DNA of 64,000 bases, taken from a virus. Lineage: Duplodnaviria > Caudoviricetes. Shown in pieces: positions 49,114-58,997 of this stretch. The DNA lies in the IMG/VR virus record IMGVR_UViG_3300014205_000183. One strand, written 5' to 3'. The position numbers were made by a program, and so were the translations under genes. The notes beneath the pieces were generated by a model. The model ran no database searches. It was not told the origin of the DNA and saw only the letters and a list, made by a program, of their open reading frames with translations. How positions within the stretch are numbered: the stretch's first letter is position 1; each line of letters starts with the position of its first letter.

Positions 49114-50070
49114 TTACCGGTTATCCATCTGTGGAACATACGCATAACCTGATAAAACTTGGGAGTAGTTTCCCCAACCGTCATCCGCAATAGCCTGTGT
49201 CCTAATAGCCTCTTCAATATGTCCAAGACTGCTCACCATATAATCTGCGTGATGCACTGCTAAGGCCTCCCGGGTGGCGGGTTTAATATCACCAAACTGA
49301 CCGTGATGGGCTAAAATGCAGTGCCGAATGTGGTTTATGGTTTTGGTATCCACTAAAATGTTTCCTAACACCATAAAATGCGCAATTAATTCCAACGCCA
49401 TTACTGCGTGTGAAACCAAACGTGCTTCTGGGGCGTAGGTCATGTCACCTGTGTATTCCTTGACTTTGCCTATATCGTGATACAAGGCGCAAAAGAATAC
49501 CACGTTCATATCCATACCTTTAGACAACAATAGTTGATTATTAAGGATGGATAGTACCTCCCACGTATGCTTGGCCAAGCCACCGCGTAGAGCTTCATGA
49601 TTCTTCTTAGCCGCCGGAGTAATGGTTAAATGCGGCTCCATATATTCAAACAACATCTGTGATAATTTTAAAATACTTGGGTCAGTGAAAGCGGTGGACC
49701 ACTGTTTTAATTCTATGATATACTTTTGAAGCTCATCTGCGGGAACAGTAGGTAGACATCTATTTTTAAATTCAGATAAATCACTAACATCGGTGATTAT
49801 TCCCATGTGTGTAGCCCATACCTGTATACTACCTTTACTTTCTCCGATAACGCCTATAGCGTGTGCGACATCGCCCGGTTTAAAAACAGGCAGCGTTTTA
49901 TTATTCTCAAATAAAGTCCCCATTACTGGATTTGCCATAATGTCAAATCCTGACCAAGCAAGATATTTAGTTTGATTAGACGCCGTGCGGATAGAGGTGG
50001 TTTGAATATAAACCCAGCCATCAGCAGACGTTGCGACGGGGAGGCCCGAGAGAGCATTAGAATTTAGCAT
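49114..50070 (-). CDS. YhaM/Cbf1-like OB-fold + HD-domain 3'-5' exonuclease
   Basis: PAA...H.A..GGL..H, LYHDIGK..EY, HCILAHHG, P.TREA...H.AD. Confidence 0.85.
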   Translation of the reverse strand: MLNSNALSGLPVATSADGWVYIQTTSIRTASNQTKYLAWSGFDIMANPVMGTLFENNKTLPVFKPGDVAHAIGVIGESKGSIQVWATHMGIITDVSDLSEFKNRCLPTVPADELQKYIIELKQWSTAFTDPSILKLSQMLFEYMEPHLTITPAAKKNHEALRGGLAKHTWEVLSILNNQLLLSKGMDMNVVFFCALYHDIGKVKEYTGDMTYAPEARLVSHAVMALELIAHFMVLGNILVDTKTINHIRHCILAHHGQFGDIKPATREALAVHHADYMVSSLGHIEEAIRTQAIADDGWGNYSQVLSGYAYVPQMDNR

Positions 50071-50152
50071 CAGTTCATCCTTTGTTAACCAGTAATTAAG
50101 ATATATCGTACAAAACCAAAAACCAATAAAAATAAATAATCTAAAACGTTAT

Positions 50153-50506
50153 TTATAATCTGCTATTTATATACGGCCAAACCTCACTACCATAACAAGC
50201 CTCCATAGCAGCCTCAAAGATATACTGACCAGTCTCCTCAACATGCTCGTGATTTTCTATACTCCCAATATATGCCTTACAAAGATCATGTACTTGCGTA
50301 AAATCAGGATTCGAGTGCAGCTCCAGTGTCTTATTAACGGGAACTGGTGGTGCCAATTGCGTATTTTTGCCAATAGCGTTCAAAATCTTTAAAGCAATCT
50401 CCGGGTCTGATTTTATTCTTCCCTCTAACTCCCAGCAGCGGTCACACAACTTCGTGCCCAACATAATTGTAGGCTCACCGCAAATGCGGCAGGGAATAGT
50501 GCTCAT
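50153..50506 (-). CDS. hypothetical Zn-finger protein
   Basis: CRICG...LCDRC. Confidence 0.6.
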   Translation of the reverse strand: MSTIPCRICGEPTIMLGTKLCDRCWELEGRIKSDPEIALKILNAIGKNTQLAPPVPVNKTLELHSNPDFTQVHDLCKAYIGSIENHEHVEETGQYIFEAAMEACYGSEVWPYINSRL

Positions 50507-50817
50507 AGGGTACCGCCTGTTTCTAAAGGTACTGTATTCTCTTCTGGAAGGTCTTCGAACGCACCTTCATTAACAGCCATTAAACTCTTGATTTCTTGAA
50601 TTTGTAGGCTGATAGTTTTCTTGAAAACATCTGGAACAGACTGTGTTGTACCTTCGGGTATTGGAGGTCTGCGATGCGGGTCATCTACTTTAAAATTGAA
50701 TTTAGTTGTGGCATACTTCTCCTCATCACGCATTGACCGCCAGGCAGCCAATACTTTGGATTCATCTGCCACCTTAAACAGATATTTAATATCGCTCTTT
50801 GTATAAATGACTATCAT
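50503..50817 (-). CDS. hypothetical protein
   Basis: GAGG RBS; ATGA overlaps. Confidence 0.55.
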   Translation of the reverse strand: MIVIYTKSDIKYLFKVADESKVLAAWRSMRDEEKYATTKFNFKVDDPHRRPPIPEGTTQSVPDVFKKTISLQIQEIKSLMAVNEGAFEDLPEENTVPLETGGTL

Positions 50818-51005
50818 AACACCTCGCTAACCAATTTAGAAAAAGACTCCGGTTCTACTATGACCTCTTTACCATCTTTTTCCCGCTCCAGAGTTACTAA
50901 TGACCGCCCATGTAACTTCTTTACTTTATAGGTGGTCTTGGCCTTACCGTGGGCTATAAAACGCATACCCTCGGTGTATGCTGTGTGCGTAAGGGTAGAG
51001 GCCAT
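50814..51005 (-). CDS. hypothetical protein
   Basis: GAGGAG RBS; coupled to neighbours. Confidence 0.55.
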   Translation of the reverse strand: MASTLTHTAYTEGMRFIAHGKAKTTYKVKKLHGRSLVTLEREKDGKEVIVEPESFSKLVSEVL

Positions 51006-51544
51006 TAACGGCTCCTCTTACTGTTATAGCTATTGAACGCCTGCTGCTCAGCACGGTCGGCGAGTTCCTTCCTTCTGCGACGTTGCGCCGGGGTCAGCTG
51101 CTCATCCGGTATGGCATCCTCATCATCATGCTTGTCATACCAAGCACCGCCTTTGCCCTTCTTTGGCTTAGAATGACTAGGTGTTACTGGAGCAGGTGCG
51201 GTTGTCTGCGCCTGAACAGGTGAAATCTTCGGCGGTGGCGCCACCATAGAAACCATCTCCGCGGGTGGCAACCCCATAAAACCCTGTTTCAAAGTATGCT
51301 TATCTTCGTATCCCTCAACTGTCAGTACACTATAACTTACATCTATTAGGCCGCTGGTGTCATTAGCGTTACTTTGCAGAGTAAGATAGTGTCGCAGTGT
51401 CGATATAGTCTTGGCTCGGTCTATGCGCACGGTGCCGCTTTCTCGTTTTACTCCCAACATATCTTCCGGGGCCTGGAAGGAACCTTCGACATGCCTCTTA
51501 CCAACCAACACAGCTTTATACCTTATTGTCGCGAAACCATTCAT
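51005..51544 (-). CDS. hypothetical protein
   Basis: 179 aa; AAGGGTGA RBS. Confidence 0.6.
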   Translation of the reverse strand: MNGFATIRYKAVLVGKRHVEGSFQAPEDMLGVKRESGTVRIDRAKTISTLRHYLTLQSNANDTSGLIDVSYSVLTVEGYEDKHTLKQGFMGLPPAEMVSMVAPPPKISPVQAQTTAPAPVTPSHSKPKKGKGGAWYDKHDDEDAIPDEQLTPAQRRRRKELADRAEQQAFNSYNSKRSR

Positions 51545-51888
51545 TTGATCACCCTTCTTTTAAATTGTATGTAATAAACTCGCCCGAGAGTCAGTTTTCA
51601 CAGGGAACCCTCGGACGAGTAACCCAGGGGAGGTAGTCCACCCAGATTTGTTAAAAATTTGAAAACCACAATAATAAACCATCTAATTGTCCTGCCTGTA
51701 TTGATAGACCGAGTACTTGTAAACAAAAAAGAAGTGCAAATCCCCAGGCCATAAAAGCCTCCCTATTACCATCTTGAAAAGATAGCATTAGCCCTAATAT
51801 TATCACAATCAACAATAAAGCATTTATTATAATCTGGTAGTGCATATCAAAGCTCCTAAAGAGGCCGGTATTACCCGGCCACATGTTT

Positions 51889-52818
51889 TTAAAGTGCCAT
51901 TGCAGTTTCAAATGCCAACTGTTTAACATCCGCCCCGTGTCCAAGCAGTACAGAAGAATAGCGACGATCTTCGTCATTACGATTCGTATAATGATCAATA
52001 TATTCTGTAGTGCCATTGAATAAATCCCATGCGCTACCTTGACCATTACCTTTACCGTTCTCAAACAGATTGGTGATATCTACTCGTTTAGCCCCGACCT
52101 TTGGGCGACGAACCTTTCTCGAAACACCATCTATCTCCTGTATCTCAATCGGCTTACCTACAACAGTATCCAGGAATCTTTCAACCATTGCGCGGTCAAG
52201 CTGCTTCTGAGCGAGGTATTGACATTTTTCTTGAAAAGCTACAAAAGTATCCTGAGACATATTAAAGACCTTAACAGCCTCAGAAAAACGCTCAGCCAAC
52301 GTGGTGCCTTTATGCTGAATACGAATCTCATCTTTACGACCCGCCCACATCAAGCGAAACTGATTAGCACACCATGCGCGAAGAGTTCCACTGAATGCCA
52401 ATACTGAACCACCACCATCATGGTGATTAGAAAGATTGATGTATTTATCAACATGGTCGCCTGGGCGTACATCAAAACCGCCATTAATCTTCATCTGAAG
52501 TAAGATATTAGCACCACCATTGAGACAGTAGGCATGCTCATATGTTGCACCATAGCGTTCAACAAGTGTATCTGCAAAGGCAAATGCCTCATGGTTCTGG
52601 AGTGGAGTATACTTGAGACCTACGACGCCAATTACCGCCTGATTATCAGAGCGATAGAGAGCCTTGCGCTGAGGGACAGGCAAACCATTAGTGGTTATTA
52701 ATTCAGACTGTTCCACAGTCCAATTAAGACCAGCAATAGACATTGCCTCCTCTGCCGTTTTAGCTGACTGAAGTGCTGCGTGTACAACCTGAGTCTGAAT
52801 TGTGCTTGGTGTGTTCAT
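51889..52818 (-). CDS. DUF932-family protein
   Basis: AGLNW.V, R.DN...GVVG..Y.PLQN.EAF.F, N.HDG, R..CANQ, G.AW..FN..TEY.DH. Confidence 0.85.
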   Translation of the reverse strand: MNTPSTIQTQVVHAALQSAKTAEEAMSIAGLNWTVEQSELITTNGLPVPQRKALYRSDNQAVIGVVGLKYTPLQNHEAFAFADTLVERYGATYEHAYCLNGGANILLQMKINGGFDVRPGDHVDKYINLSNHHDGGGSVLAFSGTLRAWCANQFRLMWAGRKDEIRIQHKGTTLAERFSEAVKVFNMSQDTFVAFQEKCQYLAQKQLDRAMVERFLDTVVGKPIEIQEIDGVSRKVRRPKVGAKRVDITNLFENGKGNGQGSAWDLFNGTTEYIDHYTNRNDEDRRYSSVLLGHGADVKQLAFETAMAL

Positions 52819-52875
52819 GATACTACCTCCTAAAATGTTTTTGTCGAGCAGACCCTGTATCCGTCCGACAATTAT

Positions 52876-52920
52876 AATATAATGATTCTAAAATTCAAAG
52901 TCAACAAAAAAATATAAAAA
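52876..52920 (-). promoter_or_regulatory. sigma70-like promoter with UP element
   Basis: TTGACT-17 bp-TATATT preceded by a T-rich tract. Confidence 0.7.
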
Positions 52921-53266
52921 TAAGTGACGCTATGGTGATAAGAGTACATAAGCTAGCACGAGATGAAGGTGGCTTGCTATTGTAATACTCTCGCCAATCT
53001 GGGAGATCTGCTGCTCTACAGCTTTTAGGAACATCAACAGTTACATTAAAATGATTCTCAATTTTAACCTGTACCAAGATCTCACCGCTAATCTCATTAG
53101 TCACTGCACGACAAATCACCTTTTGCGTGTTTGGCTTCCTGGTGCTATTTTTTACATACTGAGCATTAACGACGCGCATAACATCCTCGGCACAGTTAGC
53201 GGACTTAAGAGCATCGCGTAAGGCCTCTACATCGCGTAAGGCTTCTGCTTCAATTGCTGCGTTCAT
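52901..53266 (-). CDS. hypothetical protein with C-terminal TM helix
   Basis: AAGGAGG RBS; hydrophobic C-terminus. Confidence 0.6.
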   Translation of the reverse strand: MNAAIEAEALRDVEALRDALKSANCAEDVMRVVNAQYVKNSTRKPNTQKVICRAVTNEISGEILVQVKIENHFNVTVDVPKSCRAADLPDWREYYNSKPPSSRASLCTLITIASLIFIFFC

Positions 53267-53323
53267 CTGTTACCTCCTTAGTTATGCTTGCCAGATAAAC
53301 CCTGTATTCATCCGACACTATAT

Positions 53324-53370
53324 AATTTAATATATAGCATAATAAAAGTCAACATAAAAATAAAAAAATA
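53324..53370 (-). promoter_or_regulatory. sigma70-like promoter with UP element
   Basis: TTGACT-17 bp-TAAATT; same TTTTATGTTGACTTT context as at 61891. Confidence 0.65.
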
Positions 53371-53371
53371 A

Positions 53372-53665
53372 TTATAGTTTATTAACCAATTTCTCTAACA
53401 AAGATAGCCTGCGGGCAACCAGCAGATTCTTGCTCTCCAGGAGCTTAAATAGCTTGCGAACAGTAGATAACTTCAATCGAATAAGGTCGCCTGTATCCGG
53501 CTTATGCAGCACAACAGTCAAATAAGGCGATCTGCCGGTCTTTGAATGCGGGTAGTATAATGTCTCGGCTGTGGCCAGATCCTGCCCCAGATACGCTGTT
53601 ACCTTGTCTGACAGCTGCCTCGTAGCCATTACATTAAAATTCTTTAACCGTACAGGTTTAGGCAT
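53372..53665 (-). CDS. hypothetical protein
   Basis: 97-aa ORF in a tandem small-gene array. Confidence 0.55.
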   Translation of the reverse strand: MPKPVRLKNFNVMATRQLSDKVTAYLGQDLATAETLYYPHSKTGRSPYLTVVLHKPDTGDLIRLKLSTVRKLFKLLESKNLLVARRLSLLEKLVNKL

Positions 53666-53686
53666 TTTAATACCCTTTCTAAAATT

Positions 53687-53962
53687 TTACATTAAAGTTA
53701 TACCATGAGGGCTATTTGTATCATGACATCGATTAGGACAGGTTAAATCTCGTCCGCATGCAGTACATTGTGCGCCGTCTTCCTTATTCACCTGTCGTAC
53801 CTCCCATACTCGGTTAGAGAGGTCATGCATAGTTAGTAGGTCAACTATCCTGCCTAGCACATATTTGTCTGTATACTCGTTAGTAGACTCAATCACCGCC
53901 ATTTTTATCTGGGGGTGCTCTCTCGGACTGTCCTTATTAGAACAAAATAATTCGTAGTTCAT
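53687..53962 (-). CDS. hypothetical Zn-finger protein
   Basis: CTACG...CPNRC. Confidence 0.55.
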   Translation of the reverse strand: MNYELFCSNKDSPREHPQIKMAVIESTNEYTDKYVLGRIVDLLTMHDLSNRVWEVRQVNKEDGAQCTACGRDLTCPNRCHDTNSPHGITLM

Positions 53963-54204
53963 TTAATAGTATCTCCGGGATTATAGGTATCTAACATAGC
54001 GGAGCCAAATAAATTAGCATACACATTATTTGCATCTCGCACATAAAGATGCTCTACGTGATTCTCAGAAGTTGCATGCTTTGCGATAACAATAATTGGG
54101 CGAGTTAAAGAATTTAATTTGACTATGTCCTGCTCCATATCCGAACAACCCTGGCAGCCACTCAAGCAAAATAACATACCTCCGTAAATAACTAACTTTT
54201 TCAT
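53959..54204 (-). CDS. putative lipoprotein
   Basis: MKK + hydrophobic stretch + LSGC lipobox. Confidence 0.6.
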   Translation of the reverse strand: MKKLVIYGGMLFCLSGCQGCSDMEQDIVKLNSLTRPIIVIAKHATSENHVEHLYVRDANNVYANLFGSAMLDTYNPGDTIK

Positions 54205-54396
54205 TCAGTACCCCCAAGAATAATATCTATACAACTATGGTTTGCGTGCTATTCTAAGCCGCCACCAACCTAAACGCACCTGGACACCTAAGAACTTAGT
54301 AACCTGCCCCTTTACAACTGCGCGGTAAAAGTATCCCTCACCCTTAGAGACATCCCACCATATAGTTTCAAATCCAAACCCGCAGTAGTTCATATA

Positions 54397-54651
54397 TTAT
54401 GATTCTTTCTTTTCATCTTGCATTTGTGGGTGTACCTTATCAGGTGTCGCTGTAAAATTTACGGTAACAGAGTATTTTTCTGGAGTATGGGACTCCATTA
54501 TCATATGAGGTTGCAGGTTGTGCGTCACCCCTCTCCTTAAATCCGGCGCCAGACTGCGAGTATCGAGGCAAAGCCGCTCAATACGAACATCCACAAGGTC
54601 AGCCCCTCTGTTCTTTAACAACAAGGCTAGGTCATCTACTCGCATAAGCAT
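54397..54651 (-). CDS. hypothetical protein
   Basis: GGAG RBS; coupled to upstream stop. Confidence 0.5.
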   Translation of the reverse strand: MLMRVDDLALLLKNRGADLVDVRIERLCLDTRSLAPDLRRGVTHNLQPHMIMESHTPEKYSVTVNFTATPDKVHPQMQDEKKES

Positions 54652-54920
54652 TATTTTACTCTCCGCTTCTCACTATTGACTTTATTAGACTTGGTATCCT
54701 TGCGTTTCTTAACTATCTCACATGAATATTCATGCGGAGGTTTAGGCAGTTGAGTAGTCATTATAAAACCATTGGATTCCTTGCCTTTTTCTATTATCTC
54801 AAACATACCATACCAAGCATCCAACCATCTGCACAACAGCGTACCGCTAATCGTCACCAGCCTAAATTCAAATTTATCATCTCCCTCTTTTGCTTTTTTC
54901 TGACATTCAACTAGTGTCAT
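54651..54920 (-). CDS. hypothetical protein
   Basis: GGAGGAG RBS; ATGA overlap. Confidence 0.55.
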   Translation of the reverse strand: MTLVECQKKAKEGDDKFEFRLVTISGTLLCRWLDAWYGMFEIIEKGKESNGFIMTTQLPKPPHEYSCEIVKKRKDTKSNKVNSEKRRVK

Positions 54921-55333
54921 AACTCCTCCCGCAGCTCATAAAAAGTTGGTGGTGCATCTAAATTAAAAATTGAAGGTTCAGGCTCTGTACGGCCCAACAT
55001 ACGAACAAACACTGTTTTGTTAAGTTTACTTGCGCGGTCAATCATATCCTTGGTACCTTTACTACGCCCATCCCACACCGCGATAAGAGCGTCGGCGTAA
55101 TCAGCCATCTGCTGATTGCGCACCGGTCCGGCAAGTTTTCCATGCTTGTTCCACTCAGCAGGAAATCTTTTAACGGGTATCCCAGAGGCAGCTGCCCACT
55201 GTTCACCCAGCGTATCAACACCTCTAGCGCAACCACTGACTACTTCTGTAATATTGAAGTTAGCCGCCTTAATGACAGCACATACTTTTTCATATTCAAT
55301 AACTGTTCGACTACCTGCAATAATAGTTCTCAT
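54917..55333 (-). CDS. SLOG-superfamily (YspA/DUF2493-like) protein
   Basis: IIAGSR, VVSG.ARG.D..GE.WA, AGP.RN..M, WDG.SKGT. Confidence 0.85.
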   Translation of the reverse strand: MRTIIAGSRTVIEYEKVCAVIKAANFNITEVVSGCARGVDTLGEQWAAASGIPVKRFPAEWNKHGKLAGPVRNQQMADYADALIAVWDGRSKGTKDMIDRASKLNKTVFVRMLGRTEPEPSIFNLDAPPTFYELREEL

Positions 55334-55803
55334 TTAGCTAACTCTCCTGCCTTCCATGAATCTATAAGCCGGATTGTTAAAGACATAAGTGCTGCATGTC
55401 GCTCTAGCTGGGCATCCTGTTCTTCTTTAATTCTACTCAATATCCACTGCGATACCTCTTGAAGGTCAGATGGGGTTATATGTGGATTGGGATTTTTTAT
55501 CAACCCAATGATAGGGTTAACCACCCCATGGACTGGCGTTAGCTTCAACGCTTCCAGACGGTCCCACAGCTGCATCCTAGTAAGTATATAGGTTTCAATG
55601 TGCGGTGCCGGGGTCTCGGCTTGCTCAGGTAGTATAGCCGGATAACCTGGCTCTTCCGGTTTATTAGCACAATTACACTCCTCAAGCGGCTCATGCCAAT
55701 TACCATAAGCACAAAGACGTGAATCATTGTACTGCGAATATTGCCTATATTGCCTGGCCGTATCTAATATATCCTGCAACTCTTTTTGAGTCTTCTTACG
55801 CAT
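55330..55803 (-). CDS. hypothetical protein
   Basis: 157 aa; AAGGAG RBS. Confidence 0.55.
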   Translation of the reverse strand: MRKKTQKELQDILDTARQYRQYSQYNDSRLCAYGNWHEPLEECNCANKPEEPGYPAILPEQAETPAPHIETYILTRMQLWDRLEALKLTPVHGVVNPIIGLIKNPNPHITPSDLQEVSQWILSRIKEEQDAQLERHAALMSLTIRLIDSWKAGELAK

Positions 55804-55819
55804 CTGTGCTCCTTATAAA

Positions 55820-56047
55820 TTACATCAGTCCGCCAGGCTTATCAGGTTTCCCCGGATGTCGTTCTTCCCTAATAGTATGTTTAGCTATTGAACTTAATGT
55901 TCCACCAAATACGTTGGCCAACACCCGTAATTCCTCACCATATGTCAACTCTTTACAAGCCTCTATTAATACCCCTTTGATTTTAAACTCTGCTTCCTGT
56001 ACCAAAGATTCTCGATCGTGAATTCGAGGTAGATCACCAAACGCCAT
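55820..56047 (-). CDS. hypothetical protein
   Basis: GAGGAGG RBS. Confidence 0.6.
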   Translation of the reverse strand: MAFGDLPRIHDRESLVQEAEFKIKGVLIEACKELTYGEELRVLANVFGGTLSSIAKHTIREERHPGKPDKPGGLM

Positions 56048-56066
56048 TGTCCCCTCCTCTTTCCTA

Positions 56067-56558
56067 TCAGGTATGTATCTTTGTTTTGCAAGCTAAAACA
56101 TTCTCCAATTCGGAGATGATTGTTTCCGCTCTACGCAGCCTCTTTAGTAACAGCATAAATGAGGCAGAATGTTTAATTTTGTGAAAATTAACCTGATGAA
56201 AATGCTCAATTTCTTTTAATGTACCCTGCTGTATTATTTTTTCATACTCTCGCTGGTCAACTAAGTATCTTTCGGCAGATGTGGGATTAGGAATAACACC
56301 CAGACCTTCACAACGTTCACAAGGCATGCCGTGAGATACATGCGGTTGATCCCCTGTTCCTCTGCACGATGGACATGTTTTTAGTTGTGTTTCAGAATCT
56401 GTGTCTTTTACTTCCATAGAGACTGCACCCAGAAAACCAAAACCCTTTACCGCAGCATCAAACTGTGCTTCTGTTATTTGAACCAAATCAGGTGATGTGT
56501 CAGATAATTGTGCAGTCATAGTTCTTCCCGAGGGGGTTATCAAATTTACTTGCTTCAT
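56067..56558 (-). CDS. protein with DnaJ-type CxxCxGxG zinc finger
   Basis: CPSCRGTG ... CERCEGLG. Confidence 0.7.
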   Translation of the reverse strand: MKQVNLITPSGRTMTAQLSDTSPDLVQITEAQFDAAVKGFGFLGAVSMEVKDTDSETQLKTCPSCRGTGDQPHVSHGMPCERCEGLGVIPNPTSAERYLVDQREYEKIIQQGTLKEIEHFHQVNFHKIKHSASFMLLLKRLRRAETIISELENVLACKTKIHT

Positions 56559-56971
56559 TTATGCCTCCACAACAATAGTTAAAAATCTGCGGGGTTTTAA
56601 GTGGACCCCGCAAGAAACCACCAACAACTTGTACGCTCTTACGAGGCGTGTGCCAGCGAGGCAGTGATAAAATCCACCTTGCATACCCGTGTTGCACCTG
56701 GAGCACGGTACAGGTCGGGGGAGGGTTATAAGCTCCTCCGAAGAAATGCCTTTATTATGAGGCATACGCTGGATATCAATCAGCATTTTATTTTTAAAAC
56801 CCCAGCCGGGCTGCCTATTTCCCGTGAAGCCAGTTATAGACGTCCGCCTTTCAGCGTCGGCCACTGGGGAGTATTTAAAGCAGCCGCCCCCTTGGGTATG
56901 AGCCATTACCCTCAGTACCAAAAACCTTTACAAGAGACTCACTAGTTTTAGCGGCTGCTAATTTTCTCATT

Positions 56972-57151
56972 TTAGTCTATCCGTGTGAATGCGTCAACAA
57001 TATGTGCATCCCTCTCATCGTCATAAGATATCGTGTCATGTAAAGAGGCACGTTCATTTCTCCCACCTGCATCATACCCTGCACTAAACGCAGCCTCCAG
57101 CATAGCTTTTAATTTACTCTCTTCTATTGTGTGTAATTTGGTGGCCGACAT
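56972..57151 (-). CDS. hypothetical protein (59 aa, MSATKLH...)
   Basis: GGGAGG RBS just downstream of the promoter at 57205. Confidence 0.55.
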   Translation of the reverse strand: MSATKLHTIEESKLKAMLEAAFSAGYDAGGRNERASLHDTISYDDERDAHIVDAFTRID

Positions 57152-57176
57152 AATAACCTCCCGTTAAACAGTTATT

Positions 57177-57220
57177 AAAATAAATACTGTAATAATGAAA
57201 GTCAACAAAAAAATAAAATA
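57177..57220 (-). promoter_or_regulatory. sigma70-like promoter with UP element
   Basis: TTGACT-17 bp-TATTTT preceded by a T tract. Confidence 0.65.
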
Positions 57221-57466
57221 TTATTGTAATAGCCCTTTAGCTACTGCATTGTGCACTTCATATGTCCAAGCAATGGCTGCATCCTCAAACTTATTAAAGG
57301 CAGCCTTTCTAACTTCTATAGCTCTGTGAACTGCTGCGTAACATTGTTGCAATTCAGCATCTGTAACAGTGTGTATATTTTGAACAATGCCTTGAGGACT
57401 GCCGCCTATATCACCAAATATAGCACGCCCTTTATTAAATAACTCCTCGAATATCTTATCATTCAT
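57221..57466 (-). CDS. hypothetical protein
   Basis: AAAGGA before MNDKIF. Confidence 0.55.
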   Translation of the reverse strand: MNDKIFEELFNKGRAIFGDIGGSPQGIVQNIHTVTDAELQQCYAAVHRAIEVRKAAFNKFEDAAIAWTYEVHNAVAKGLLQ

Positions 57467-57493
57467 CGCGTGTATCCTTTGATTAGATTCAAT

Positions 57494-57523
57494 AAAAAAC
57501 CCCAACCAAGTATGGCTGGGGTT
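57494..57523 (-). terminator. intrinsic terminator after the Ro60 gene
   Basis: AACCCCAGCC-loop-GGTTGGGGTT followed by a T run. Confidence 0.7.
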
Positions 57524-57533
57524 GTGTTACTTC

Positions 57534-58997
57534 TTATCTGAGATTTTCAACCTCTCTAATATAAGACAAGATACCCTCGCTGAAGCCGCTGATATGGTTC
57601 CAAGTTCCCCTAGGACCTACACCGTGCTCTGCTGAAGCCACGTTAACCATGTAAGCCAGCGGCGTTCTGGCGTTTGGAACTGATGTCCTGGACTGCTCAT
57701 CGGTGAACACTATAAGCCGGTCATAATCCTTCTTCTCTGCTGCGGATACTGCATAGGCGATGTCAGTGCCACCACCGAATACAGCGCCTGCCAAGGCATC
57801 CCGCAAAGCGAATCCTTTGCGTGGTGGCAACAGCAGTAACTCACCCCTATTGCCAAAGCTGTAAATATCTACATCATCACAAACCCATCGCAACACCATG
57901 GCCAACCCGAAGGCAGCCTCGTATCGCATAAGTTCTGACTTATCAGATAGAGGGTCTTTCATCGAACCACTAGTATCTACCAGCAACGCTGTACGACCAG
58001 CCAATTTAACCTGGCTTAATATAGACTTCTCCATAACGGCCTCTAACTCTGGCTCAAAAGCCGGCGCATGCTTGGCTGCGGCGATGAATCTGAATGGCAA
58101 TATCTTGCTAGTCTTCATAGCAAGCAACGCCTCCTTTATTAACGCCCGGTCAACACCTGCCTGCTCCATGTTACGCAAGTTGCGTAACAAGGCCATCCCA
58201 CCAAGCAGCTCCTCCTTTATCAGGCGAGTGAAGGTCTTCTTCTTATCTGCACCTGCACTTAAAGCGGTCTCCCAGGTATCTGGGATAGGTAATACAGCCT
58301 CCTCATAGTTGGTGCATGGCTCACCTGGCTTACGCCGCTTTACTGGCTTCTTAGCCTTCTTGCGAGCCTGTTCAGCCTTCTTTATAGCTGCTGGAGAGGC
58401 ATGGTCGTCACACTTACACCAACAATGCTTACAGAAGTTACCACTAAGGGTCTTGAACAGTCTGTCCTGCTCCTTATCAACTGCCTTTGGTCTAGCCAAA
58501 AACAACACGTCACGCAACTTCACAGCTGCATTGTTGAAGTCCCACTTAGACAGACGCTCAAGATCAAACTTACCGAGACCGGCAGCCAATCCTCGCTTAA
58601 GCTGCTTGGATAGCATCTTGCGGTCACCGTTTACTGACCAGTAAAGGCTTACCAACTCGCCCAGCTCATCTGGGCGCTGAATCACAGCCTCTGCGGTCTT
58701 GGCCACAAACTCAGGATGAAACTTGCACATAGCAACGACAATCATGAGTGGGGCATGCCGCATATGCCACTTTGACCGAACCTCTATAGCCCAATCACTG
58801 GCAAACTGACCAGACACCTTGGCCACTGCATCATATATAGCAGTCTTTATGGTCTTACCATCTACATAGAACTGATCCTCTCCCAGGAAGCAACAGGCAG
58901 TTAGCCGTTGTAGTAGCTGCTCTGGAGTATTTCTGATAGCTACCGCACCCTCGTGGGTGTGTGGAGCTGGGGTTACGATTTTACGATTTGACTTCAT
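57534..58997 (-). CDS. Ro60/Rsr-like TROVE-domain RNA-binding protein with vWA domain
   Basis: THEG, FY.DG, MR..P, QRPDE..E, LRDVLFL..PK, TWET.LS, MALLRNLRN, LPFRF..A, LVDTSGSM (MIDAS), GGTD, FTDEQ. Confidence 0.93.
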   Translation of the reverse strand: MKSNRKIVTPAPHTHEGAVAIRNTPEQLLQRLTACCFLGEDQFYVDGKTIKTAIYDAVAKVSGQFASDWAIEVRSKWHMRHAPLMIVVAMCKFHPEFVAKTAEAVIQRPDELGELVSLYWSVNGDRKMLSKQLKRGLAAGLGKFDLERLSKWDFNNAAVKLRDVLFLARPKAVDKEQDRLFKTLSGNFCKHCWCKCDDHASPAAIKKAEQARKKAKKPVKRRKPGEPCTNYEEAVLPIPDTWETALSAGADKKKTFTRLIKEELLGGMALLRNLRNMEQAGVDRALIKEALLAMKTSKILPFRFIAAAKHAPAFEPELEAVMEKSILSQVKLAGRTALLVDTSGSMKDPLSDKSELMRYEAAFGLAMVLRWVCDDVDIYSFGNRGELLLLPPRKGFALRDALAGAVFGGGTDIAYAVSAAEKKDYDRLIVFTDEQSRTSVPNARTPLAYMVNVASAEHGVGPRGTWNHISGFSEGILSYIREVENLR

